From Eledone cirrhosa (lineage: Eukaryota): a stretch of DNA of 64,000 nt. The position numbers and the translations under genes were made by a program. The stretch covers positions 2,108,001 to 2,172,000 of the forward strand of contig OZ024748.1 in assembly GCA_964016885.1 (NCBI GenBank). The letters are read 5' to 3'. Below the pieces are notes generated by a model that had not been told where the DNA came from, searched no databases, and was given only the letters and a program-made list of their open reading frames with translations. Below are positions 21,467 to 33,385 of the stretch, piece after piece (position 1 is the stretch's first letter; each line of letters opens with the position of its first letter).

Positions 21467-21651
21467 GGGCAGTGGATTGGCAGTATCGGTGGAGAGTCGG
21501 ACGCCATGCTTTCCAGCATAGTTACGTCCCTTTACGGTCTGAGTTCAAATCCCGCCGAGGTTGACTTTGCCTTTCATCCTTACGGGGTCGATAAAATAAA
21601 GTACCAGTCATGCACTGGGTACTTGCTGGCCTTGTGCCTAAAGTAGAAACA
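21467..21651 (+). mobile_element. tRNA-derived SINE (second family) with ~18-bp TSD
   Basis: Head GGGCAGTGGATTGGCAGTATCGG, B box GAGTTCAAATCC, core GACTTTGCCTTTCATCC...GGGGTCGATAAAATAAAGTACCAG; ATTATTTACTGTTTATAT is duplicated at 21449-21466 and 21652-21669. Confidence 0.9.
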
Positions 21652-21705
21652 ATTATTTACTGTTTATATAATTACTGTCTTGTACACAATCTTTCTTTCT
21701 CCCAG

Positions 21706-21720
21706 CAATGAAGATGTCCT
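21706..21720 (+). CDS. DGK: Probable 15-nt DGK microexon (x-N-E-D-V-L), phase 2/2
   Basis: CTTTCTTTCTCCCAG|CAATGAAGATGTCCT|GTAAGT; splices in frame to 23912. Confidence 0.55.
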
Positions 21721-21839
21721 GTAAGTTGGTGTTGTTGTTGTTGTTGTTGTTGATTTTGGCGATCATGTTAAATGTTTCATTTCATTGCTGACTGTAAATC
21801 TTCAGATTTATAACTCTTTAAATGTTTATTATCTTACTT

Positions 21840-23585
<1,746 letters not shown>

Positions 23586-23603
23586 CATCATCATCTTTGT
23601 GTT

Positions 23604-23773
23604 ATCATTTTGAAGTCTGCATTCCCTGCTAGCAAGGGTTGGATAGGTCTATACAGCCCAAGTCAGTACTGAATCGAAGCCACTGATCTCTCAGGGGCTC
23701 CACTTCAGTACTGACTTGGTCTGTATGGACCCGTCCAACCCTTGCTAGCAGGGAATGCCGAGGTTAAAATGAT
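23604..23773. repeat. Fold-back palindrome (~82-bp arms) made of two retroposon 3' ends
   Basis: GCATTCCCTGCTAGCAAGGGTTGGA...AAGTCAGTACTGAA pairs with TTCAGTACTGACTT...TCCAACCCTTGCTAGCAGGGAATGC; (TCA)n and (TGA)n tails point outward. Confidence 0.9.
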
Positions 23774-23911
23774 GATGATGATATATATATAAACCCATGC
23801 TAGCGTGGAAGATACACGTTAAACGATGATGATGATATACAAAATTAAGTTAAATCCACATTTCCATCTATTGAATCCACATGTTTTGCTGGGTTATCAT
23901 TATTTCCACAG

Positions 23912-24005
23912 CTCATCAGTCTCACATTTCAAAGATAATGGACTGACAAGCTGTGGAAATAATAATTCTACAATGAAACACACATATTCGACAGATGAAA
24001 ATGTC
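23912..24005 (+). CDS. DGK: Probable DGK linker exon (SSVSHFKDNGLTSCGNNNSTMKHTYSTDENV)
   Basis: TTATTTCCACAG acceptor, open frame, GTGAAT donor; phase 2 in and phase 0 out fits both neighbours. No recognisable motif. Confidence 0.55.
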
Positions 24006-24099
24006 GTGAATTTAAACTAATTTTGCATATTACAACTCGTCCCTTGGACTGAATGCTCTGCCAACTTTGGATATATAAATTTGTTATGAAACTCCCTAC

Positions 24100-24317
24100 A
24101 CTATATATATATATATATATATATATAGTCTTCACTACACTATATATATATATAGTCTTCACTGCATTATATATATATATAGTCTTCACTACACTATATA
24201 TATATAGTCTTCACTACACTATATATATATATAGTCTTCACTGCATTATATATATATATAGTCTTCACTACACTATATATATATATATATAGTCTTCACT
24301 GCATTATATATATATAT
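24100..24317. repeat. Minisatellite of TAGTCTTCACT(ACAC/GCAT) units with variable (TA)n spacers
   Basis: About 7 copies directly upstream of the 24337 acceptor. Confidence 0.85.
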
Positions 24318-24336
24318 TTATTCTTTTACTTATCAG

Positions 24337-24428
24337 AATCAAAGCTCATTCCAGATTGATCCTGTGCCTAATACACATCCACTGTTAGTATTTATCAACC
24401 CGAAGAGTGGTGGGAAACAAGGAGACAA
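24337..24428 (+). CDS. DGK: Type I diacylglycerol kinase exon, start of catalytic domain ([30 protein letters not shown])
   Basis: [12 protein letters not shown] signature; AG at 24335-36 (alternative in-frame AG at 24353-54) and GT at 24429. Confidence 0.93.
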
Positions 24429-25588
24429 GTATGCTAACTCTTTCTTCATCATAGCTTTAACAACAATATACTGCCTTTGTGTTTTAATCACCAAAATAGT
24501 CAACAATTTGTAAGGTTTAGTGAAATAACTAACTTTCCACATAATAACAAAACACAAATATTTAGCTACTGAAATGTCTAGTACAGAGGTCTGAAAGTAG
24601 TGGTCTGCAAACTACTTTTCTATGGTCCATGGCAAAACAACTTCCGTGACTTTAAAACTTTGAATTTTGCTTTTATTTTCCCTGTTTTAATAATATTTAT
24701 AGGACAATGTATTGCAATTTACCTTTGAAATCCAATAAAATAGAAAAAAAACGAAATTTATCAAAAGTGAAAAAAGAAAAAATGGAATTTGCGAAAATTA
24801 AAAACAGAATTACGGAAAATATGAAATAGAAGTTTGTCCCAGCACATTTTGTACGAATTCACATATCCCACTTACTATCGTATGTCTATTCATTTTGATG
24901 AAAGAATAGAGCCTATTATATGTATTACAGATTAACACTATAACTGGTGAAAATCATGCCCAAATCTCAATTTTGGCCCACTGTGTCTCTTCCTCAAGAT
25001 GGTCTTTTCTAATAATGAAATTTCAATCTAAGGTTTAAACTTAAATTTGAACACTTCATTCGAGGTGGTTTTGGGTAGGTTGGTATTTAAAGGGTTAAAC
25101 TATCAGATTTACATTATTTGACTTCAGAAAAGGGTTTTGTCACATTTTGTTTGATATTTGGGGATTTTTAGTCTATTTTATTTATTTATTTATTCACTTA
25201 TTTATTTGAGAAGATTTGTCTAAATGGATTCTTAGCAGACTTTTTCTCTTTCAATGTTCTCCTCTATAATATTTCTATAAAACATTAATAAAACTTTGAT
25301 ATGAAAGACAATTTACTGGTATATCACTAATCTGAAAGACAACTTATTTACTGGTATATCACTAATATGAAGTCTGTTGGTTTAATGTGTAGCAAATAAC
25401 AGCAATAAATTATTTAAATCAGTTTCCCTTTATTTTCCATATACAATCAGAAGATAAACCTCCACTGGCCTAAGTGGTATTGAAAGTAGTTACACAGCAC
25501 AGGTTCTTTCAAAGGGTGTGAAGTACAGGATTAAATTAGACAGCATTGCATACTGAGGAAAATAATCAGTTTAAAATTACAACATTAA

Positions 25589-25807
25589 CTCTTAACATCC
25601 TGTAAAAATATATCTAAAAATGGGTTTTAAAATATCTAAACATGTCTTTGTTAATAATATCTTCACTATTTAACATAAAACTGCTGTGAACATTTGTAAT
25701 ATTAGAATGAAGATTTTAATTTTTAATGTGATGCAGTCATAGGGCTGTTTTTGCTTCTCAAGAATGTCTTTCTTAATGCATTTCTATAAGGTTCAGGACA
25801 TTAAGAG
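25589..25807. mobile_element. piggyBac-type MITE
   Basis: TTAA|CTCTTAACATCCTG ... CAGGACATTAAGAG|TTAA, i.e. a 12/14 TIR match with TTAA TSD. Confidence 0.7.
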
Positions 25808-27025
25808 TTAATAAAAGCAGAAATTGCATTAAAAAAAACGTGTTGTAGGAGTAGTGTCATATATATGTTGTGTTTGTAAAGTTAATGTGTAATTCGTGTG
25901 TAGTAGAAAAAGGTGTTATATCTGTTCTTAATGTTGCTGGGATAAAGAGAAGGGAATTCAACTGGCATGGTACAGTAATTTGGTATAAATGATTTCTAAT
26001 TTAGGCACAAGGCCAAGAATTTGTAGCTGTTAACACATATATACATACATACACATACACACTCATACATACACACGGGTACACACATATATCACTGAAT
26101 TCGTTCTTCTTAAATATCTATGTTAAATGATACGAATCTGTTTTTCAAAGAGTTCTAATTTCACCCACTCTATATTTAGCATTTTCTGGAATGTTTTTAA
26201 GATTTTGCAATTCTTGCTGTCATTAATTCCTCAAAACACAGTGTAAAGTTAATATACCACACTAAAATGTGAGTTGCTATCAATTTTTCTCTATGAATGA
26301 CAGTCAATTAACTGTTACTAGTAATTAGTTAGCAATTTTATTATATTTCAGTTAATTAAATCAGATTGTAATATAATTTCATACAGTATTTAACAGTGTA
26401 TTATTTTTTTTAAAATTTCTCTGTATGCAGTACATCTTCGAGTATGTTTAACTATTTGTAAGTTAAATTGTTCTAGAGATTTGTTATACATCATATACAG
26501 CTTGTTTTGAACAGAGTTAACATAGAAACCCAACTGTAGGAAAATGTGTTAGTTGGTTGAACATATAAATCTTCATAGATATTTGAGGACAAGCTTCAGC
26601 AAGATTTCTAAGAAGTTAATTCAGTTATGCGTCTCACAAGTCAGACCTGTTACAATGGGTCGTAATTTTAAGTCAGTTGGGGTGTGTATATTCATACAAT
26701 TGGTCGTCACTTGGTTTTGTATATCTCATTAATTAGTTTCCTCTCGTGTATTTTTGGTAGTCCATAGAAGTTATTTGCTCTTATTGGCTATCAGCAAATT
26801 AGGAAATAATTCGCTAGAAAAATCACCACTTAATTATACTACTCAGTACACCCAGTTTCACTACCCATAGTGCACCATTCCTGGACAGAATCCATATTGT
26901 CTTTTATATTTGATATCATTTTGCCTTAATAAAACATAAAACCTCTGGGCAGTTTCTTTAAAAAATATTTAATATATTCAGATAATTTAAGTTGAATTGA
27001 CTAAAATAATATTATCTATTTTCAG

Positions 27026-27100
27026 AATGTTTAAAAAGTTCCAGTATATGCTAAACCCTAGACAGGTGTATAATTTGACGAAAGGTGGTCCAAAACCTGG
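27026..27100 (+). CDS. DGK: DGK exon ([26 protein letters not shown])
   Basis: [13 protein letters not shown] motif; TTTTCAG| and |GTAAGT; phase 2/2. Confidence 0.95.
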
Positions 27101-27129
27101 GTAAGTTTATTTTATGTCAACAGGATATC

Positions 27130-27573
27130 AACTGAACTCAATGGTGGGGAGTAGCAGTAAACATGTTTAAAACAAAAAGAGGAGAAAGTAGGGGCTTATA
27201 CCAACTTATAATATGAGATCTTGAAATGCTGGAATAATGAAGTGAAGCCAGTCACCATTGTACCAATGGTGATTGGTGCTCTTGGTAAGGTGATAGGTGC
27301 TCTTGGTATTGTGATAGAGAACCTTGAAAATGACTTGTTGAAAATAGATTTTGCTCAAGGGATTGAACCACTCCACAAGTCATGCTTGATAAGAACAGCT
27401 TGAACATTGAGAAAGATTCTGGACTACCAGCAATAGTAAAATGAGAAGCGATGATATGAGAAAGCTGGAATTACTCTACATTACTACTTGTAGCTCGATA
27501 TTCCCTAAAATAACTGAACCAAAGCAACATCAAAGTTGGTCGGGATAAATAGTCAAATAATAATAATAATAAT
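27130..27573 (+). mobile_element. Degenerate 3' fragment of an RLE-type (R4/Dong-like) non-LTR retrotransposon
   Basis: EILKCW...VTIVPMVIGALG...LHKSCLIRTA*TLRKILD resembles the C-terminus of R4/Dong ORFs; ends in (TAA)n at ~27555-27573. Confidence 0.7.
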
Positions 27574-27668
27574 GAGGAAAGAAACAATAAAAAATATAAA
27601 TTTTCTGATATTTTCCTTGTTTCTCTTATATTTAATTTTATAAATATTTTGCATTTTCTATTATTTAG

Positions 27669-27754
27669 GCTGCAGTTTTTCAAAGATGTAAAGTCTGCCC
27701 GTGTCCTTGTGTGTGGTGGGGACGGTACTGTAGGTTGGATTCTAGATGCTATGG
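27669..27754 (+). CDS. DGK: DGK exon with ATP-binding motif ([28 protein letters not shown])
   Basis: GGDGTVGW signature; TTTAG| and |GTAAGT. Confidence 0.97.
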
Positions 27755-28301
27755 GTAAGTAACTTCACGTTATTTAGTAACAGTTTTTATTTAATAACAT
27801 AGTGTGGCCAAATGGTTAAGATATTCACTTCTGTTATGAGGTTCCCAGTTCAATCCCCTTCTGTAACATTTGGTTCTATGGATGAAATTGGTTTCAATGA
27901 TGAGTCTTACAGACTGAAATGGGACTTTCTATCACATCTGTGTACCAGTAATTTTACTAGACAAAACCCTGGCTATTCTTGGTTTTGTTGAGTACATACG
28001 TACATACATACACATATAAATACATACATACACATATAAATACATACATACTCAAATAAGATGCTGTAGGCTGGTGGTTGGTTTAATGGGAAATAAGAAT
28101 GGAGATCGGTAGGAGTTATTTGCATAACACAAACACAAACACATAAACAAACACACATAAAGACATACACACACAAACACACACACAAACACACACACAA
28201 ACACACATAAAGACATACACACACAAACATAGTAATATATATTATTACTATTGTTGTTACTTATTTTACACTCTGTGATTGATTTTATGGTTGCTTTACA
28301 G

Positions 28302-28391
28302 ATAAGATGAATATTGAACCCCGGCTCCCTGTAGCTGTTCTTCCATTGGGTACTGGAAATGATTTAGCTCGTTGTCTCAACTGGGGTCCAG
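28302..28391 (+). CDS. DGK: DGK exon ([30 protein letters not shown])
   Basis: [11 protein letters not shown] signature; TTTACAG| and |GTAATG; phase 1/1. Confidence 0.97.
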
Positions 28392-28556
28392 GTAATGTCT
28401 CTCTCTCTATCTTCCCCTCTCTCTTGCTCTTTCTTCCCCTCTCTCTTGCTCTTTCTTTCCCTCTCTCTCTTCCTCTTCCCCTCCCCAATATCCAACCCTC
28501 TAATGACTCTGCCATAATACTTATGACATATACAGTATATATAATTGTTTCTATGC

Positions 28557-28726
28557 AGGCACAAGGCCAGCAATACCCAGTACATTACTGGTACTTTATT
28601 TTATCGACCCCGTAAGGATGAAAGGCAAAGTTAACCTTGGAGGGATTTGAACTCAGAAAGGCAAGAGCCGTAACTCCATATGTCAAAGTATGGCGTCCGA
28701 CCCTCTACCAATACTGCCAATCCACT
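28557..28726 (-). mobile_element. tRNA-derived SINE (second family)
   Basis: Reverse complement of the 21467 family. Confidence 0.85.
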
Positions 28727-29159
28727 ACAGTATATATAATGTAATATATGTATGACATAATATAGCATATATAGCTTAATATAATACATTTGACACAATA
28801 TAGTATATATAGTATAATATAATTCAACATAATATAGTATATATATATAGCGTAATATAACATCTATGACATAATATAGTATATACTAGCAGAATGGCCC
28901 GGCGTTGCTCGGGGTTCTAAACATAGATTGGCATGTTTATCCCTCCTTTCTGAAACAGTACAGAGAAGTATGGAATACCTCAGCCTCGGGATGGTGTCTA
29001 CATTTTGTGCTTATAAAAAAAATTTGTCGTAGATTACCAGGCTTTTTTTCAATGCAAAGAAAATCAATACTTTATCGCGAAATAAATACTTTTGTTTATA
29101 TTTTGTTATTGTGTATGTAAAAATAACTGTACACGAATATATAATTAGATATATATAAT

Positions 29160-29492
29160 GGAGGCACATGGCTTAGTGGTTAGAGCATTGGCCTTGCAAT
29201 CGAAAGGTTGTGAGTTCAATTCTCAGACTGGGTGATGTGTTGTTTCCTTGAGCAAGACACTTTATTTCACAATGCTCCAGTTTACTCAGCTGTAGAAATG
29301 AGATGATAGGGACTATCATTCCACTGCAAAGTGGTCGTGGAGGTGCCACGGCAAAAAAGCACCCAGCACTCACTGTAAATGAGGTTGGTGGAAGGGCATC
29401 CAGCTGTAGAAATCAAGCCAGAATAAGTTCTCGTCCCACCCTTGCAAGCAGGGAAAAAGCGGACGTAAAATGAAATGAAATGAATGAATGAA
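29160..29492 (+). mobile_element. Full-length tRNA-derived SINE with CORE-like middle and RTE tail
   Basis: A box TGGCTTAGTGG, B box GAGTTCAATTC, CCTTGAGCAAGACACTT, and a 3' end near-identical to the adjacent RTE LINE 3' end. Confidence 0.9.
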
Positions 29493-29699
29493 TATATAAG
29501 TATGTATACGTATATACATATATGTATACAGACGTACACTAGTATGTATATACATACATACACACATATATATATGTATGTATGGGTTTACTGAACATTT
29601 ATTATAATGTTTGGTTTGTTTGTAAACAAACAGCCCGAATTAGTAGCCTTAGAGTGTTCGGTAACCATCGTTGTCCTTTTGTTCAACACTGACTAAGGA

Positions 29700-29742
29700 A
29701 CAATGAACTAGTTTCTAGCTTATTAGCTGTCATCAGCATCGT
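29700..29742 (-). ncRNA. Minimal type I hammerhead motif
   Basis: Minus strand: ACGATG-CTGATGA-CAGCT(AATA)AGCTA-GAAA-CTAG-TT^CATTGT. Stem I is 6 bp, stem III is palindromic, and there is a C/A mismatch at the base of stem II. Confidence 0.6.
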
Positions 29743-29860
29743 ATACCTTCCTGTCAGTCGATTGAACGTTTGATAGTATATACTTTCCTTATGCATATTA
29801 ACGGCTGAGCAGCCTAATTTGCATATCGAGTGAGTTAGTCGGCTGGGCGTACTGAAATCG

Positions 29861-30195
29861 ATAAATGGAAAAAATGAAATTTCATTTCTCACTCTTAGTA
29901 TGGCTGATACTTAAATATAAGTATGTATACGTACATACATATATGTATACAGACGTACACTAGTATGTATATACATACATACATGCACACATATATATAT
30001 ATGTACGTATGGGTTATTTTATTATAATAAGAGTTCGGTAAACCCATATGTACATATATATATATGAGTGCATATATGTATGTATATACATACTAGTGTA
30101 CATCTGTATACATATATGTATGTACGTATACATACTTATATTTAAGTATCAGCCATACTAAGAGTGAGAAATGAAATTTAATTTTTTCCATTTAT
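29861..30195. repeat. Long inverted repeat (~155-bp arms); part is also a direct repeat of 29494-29610
   Basis: TTTCATTTCTCACTCTTAGTATGGCTGATACTTAAATATAAG... pairs with ...CTTATATTTAAGTATCAGCCATACTAAGAGTGAGAAATGAAA. Confidence 0.9.
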
Positions 30196-30206
30196 ATATA
30201 TATATA

Positions 30207-32266
30207 TCATAATCATCATCATCATCATCATTTTACGTCCGCTTTTCCCTGCTTGCAAGGGTGGGACGGGTCTTATTCAGCACAGCATCTCTCCACTCGT
30301 CACGGTCCTTCGTCATCTCCACCGTGAGCTTCAATGATCTGAGGTCTGTTCTCACCACCTCCGCCCATGTTTTTCGTGGTCTACCTCTACCACGTCTTCC
30401 TTCAACTGGCATTTCCTGGCACTTCTTCACCCATCGGTCATCCTCCATGCGCATCACATGTCCATACCACCTCAGTCTCCTCTCCCGTACACTACATTCT
30501 ATCCCTCTCAGACACAGTTTCTCTCTCAACACATTTATGCTGGGTCGTTCACGCACATTTACACTGCACATCCAACGGAGCATGCTTGCCTCATTTCTCT
30601 CCAGCCGTCGCATATCCTCTGCAGTTGCTGCCCATGTCTCACTACCATGCAGCATCACGCTCCTCACACAGGCATCATACAACCAGCTTTTCGTACGCAG
30701 GGAGAAACCCTTTTTCATCAGCAGAGGAAGCAGCTCCCTAAACTTCTTCCAACCTGTCCTTATTCTAGATACTATGGCCTCGGAACACCCTCCTCCCATG
30801 CTAATCTGATCTCCTCAGTACCGGAAGTTATCCACCACTTCTATAGCGCCCTCCTGCATTTGAAAAATGTGTCTATCAATGCGACTTCTACTGTCTAATT
30901 TCCCTGTACATCTACTGCATACATATTTCTCCCTACCTGTTAGTTTGCCTGCTATCCCGCTCCATATCTTGTGTACCCAAGATCTGCATTGTGTGCATTT
31001 TATAGAATTTATGCCAGTTCCTTTTCTGCATATCGAACATGGCCATTTCCTTGACGGAATCAGAGTTTTGTCCTCTTTTCTACTCATCATCACTTTTGTC
31101 TTAGCTAGGGTCACTCTCAGTCCTCTTGCTTCCAACTGCTGTTTCCATAGCCAGAATTTATTCTCTAGCTCCTCTACTGATTCTGCTATAAGAACCAGAT
31201 CATCAGCATAGAGAAGTTCCCATGGACAGCCAGTCTTAAACTCCTCTGTTATGGCTTGGAAGACTATAATGAACAAGAGCGGGCTGAGGACCGAACCTTG
31301 ATGTACTCCTATTTGTATCTGGAATTCCTCACTAAACTCAATTCCTACCCTGACTTTACTGAGAGTACCTCTGTACAAAGTTTGCACTGTCCTCACAAGC
31401 CATTCCTCAACACCTAGCTTCCTTAGGGACCACCAGATGACAGATCGGGGTACCCTATCAAAGGCCTTCTCTAGGTCAACAAAGGCTAAGTATAGTGGCT
31501 TATTCTTCTCTAAGAACCTCTCTTGCAATTGTCTCACCAAGAAGAAGGCATCTGTTGTACTCTTCCCAGGCACAAAACCAAACTGCATCTCATCTAGTTT
31601 GACCCTTTCTCTAATTAGTTGTGCTAATATCCTTTCTGCCACTTTCATAACCTGATCCATCAGTTTTATACCCCTATAATTGCTCCTCTCCAGAGCATCC
31701 CCTTTACCTTTGTAGCAATTTATGAGAATACTGCTGCACCAGTCTTTGGGTATGACACCACCATATATAGCCTGATTGATGCTGCGTGCAACCAGTTTAG
31801 TGCCTACGTCCCCTGATGCCTTCAGCATCTCAGCAACTATTCCTGATGGTCCAGCAGCCTTACATTTCCTTAATTGCCTCTTGGACCCTATATTCGTCAA
31901 TCTCAATAGCTGGTCCCTCTGTCGGATCTACTGAGGGTAATTTCTCTCTCTCCCATTCGTTCTCTACATTCATCAGTCTCTCATAATGACATTTCCAGGC
32001 CTCCTTTTTCTGATCATTCGTGACACCAAGTACACCGGCATCATCCCGGACACATTTATCTCCAACAACATCCTGATTTGCATTGACACACTGCCTTGCA
32101 ATGTGGAACACCGCAGGCCTCTGATCTTCCCGTCGCAGAACATTGGTAAACCTCCTACTCTCCGCCTCCCTGCGTGCTAAGTACACCTGACGTCTAGCTT
32201 CTCTCTTAGTGGCTGTATATTCTTCCCTACTCCCACCCTTTTTCCAAGCCTTCCATGCTAGTCTTT
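30207..32266 (-). mobile_element. 5'-truncated, pseudogenised RTE-clade LINE (reverse transcriptase)
   Basis: RT motifs KAAGPSG, NYRGIKL, QFGFVPGKST, FVDLEKAFD, QGSVLSPLLF, YADD and RRLRWYGHV. Frameshift at ~31862, in-frame TGA at 30815-30817, (GAT)n tail, (TA)n flanks. Confidence 0.96.
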
Positions 32267-32874
32267 AATATATATATATATTAAAATAACAGATTAAAGT
32301 TTAAGCAAAGAATCACTGCTTTCACCCTTAATGGGATCTTCTGAAACTAAAAATATTAATCTGTGAACGAAGTAAATATTTCGAGAAATGTTACACACTA
32401 TATATATATATACACACACTATATATACATATATATACAGACACTATATATACATATATACACACACACACACATATAGTGTCATAATGTTGTAATGCAG
32501 ACAGCCAGACATACAGACAGATATTATAAGGGCGCAACGTTATATCTATGTATCTATCTAAAAAGAAAGACTAAGAATTATAGAGAGAGATCGCTAAATT
32601 GCCTAATTCGGTCCCTAAGGCATTGAAAATTTGAAATTCTATTTGCTCAAAACACTCACAAAACCATAAGTATTACATGTATTAAGTTTGAAAAAAGTTG
32701 GTTGGGTAGTTCTCGAGTTTTAGGGAGTTAGACAGACAGTCAGACAGATTCTCTGTTTTAGATATATAGATATATAGGATAATATGATATGTAGGACATA
32801 TTATAGCATATATAGTACAATATGTATGACATCGTATATATGAAATAATGTAATGCTTTCTCTCTCTCTTACAG

Positions 32875-33038
32875 GGTACGAAGGAGAAAGTTTAGAAAAG
32901 ATTGTTCATTCTATTGAGAAAACTTCTGAGATGATGTTAGATCGCTGGCATATTGAGGTGAAAGATGTTGAAGAGAGTGGTGAACCTGGTGATTGTGTAC
33001 CACTCAATATCATCAACAACTATTTTTCTATTGGAGTG
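32875..33038 (+). CDS. DGK: DGK exon ([11 protein letters not shown]...MLDRW...[10 protein letters not shown])
   Basis: LDRW and NNYFSIG motifs; CTTACAG| and |GTGAGT. Confidence 0.97.
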
Positions 33039-33099
33039 GTGAGTACAGTAAACTTTGTTATATATGAATCAACCAACACATCTTTAAATAGTGAACCGG

Positions 33100-33385
33100 C
33101 CAAGTCATTTGAGCATCAAATTAAATGCCTTGTGGTATTTGTTCTTGCTCTCTATGCTCTTCGGTAGGATTTGAACTCAGAATGTAAAGGGACATAACTC
33201 TATGCTGCAAAGCGAGATGGCCGAAACTCTACTGATACTGCCAAAATATGGTTTCTGATTTAGGCACAAAGCCATCAAATTTGGGGAAAGGGGAAAGTCA
33301 ATTAAATTGACTGGTATTTTATTTTATTGAACCCTGCATGGATGAAAGTCAAAGTTGACCTCAGCAGGGTTCAAACATAGAACAC
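33100..33385 (-). mobile_element. Two adjacent diverged SINE fragments (second family)
   Basis: GGATTTGAACTCAGAATGTAAAGGG and GGATGAAAGTCAAAGTTGACC motifs. Confidence 0.65.

Larger units (their letters stand above)
28884..32771 (+). mobile_element. Helentron-associated / Lep1-like non-autonomous Helitron (HINE-like), split by nested insertions
   Basis: One end is TACTAGC...CCCGGCGTTGCTCGGG (hairpin); the other is GTAGTTCTCGAG...GACAGACAGTCAGACAG...TTTTAGATATATAGAT. The ATGACATAATATAG minisatellite resumes on both flanks. Confidence 0.6.

Noticed and set aside
23890-23925. Minus-strand CTGATGA...GAAA at the exon acceptor
   Set aside because: No stem I or II pairing; chance match.
29160-29235. 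tRNA gene
   Set aside because: The A/B boxes belong to a multi-copy SINE head; there is no full cloverleaf and the sequence continues into a SINE body.
30261-31655. Plus-strand ORFs overlapping the LINE
   Set aside because: Antisense shadows of the RTE ORF.
32305-32348. Hammerhead-like motif on the minus strand (CAGAAGA-TCCCATTAAGGGT-GAAA)
   Set aside because: U4 is replaced by A and no stem I or III pairing is evident; at most a decayed relic.
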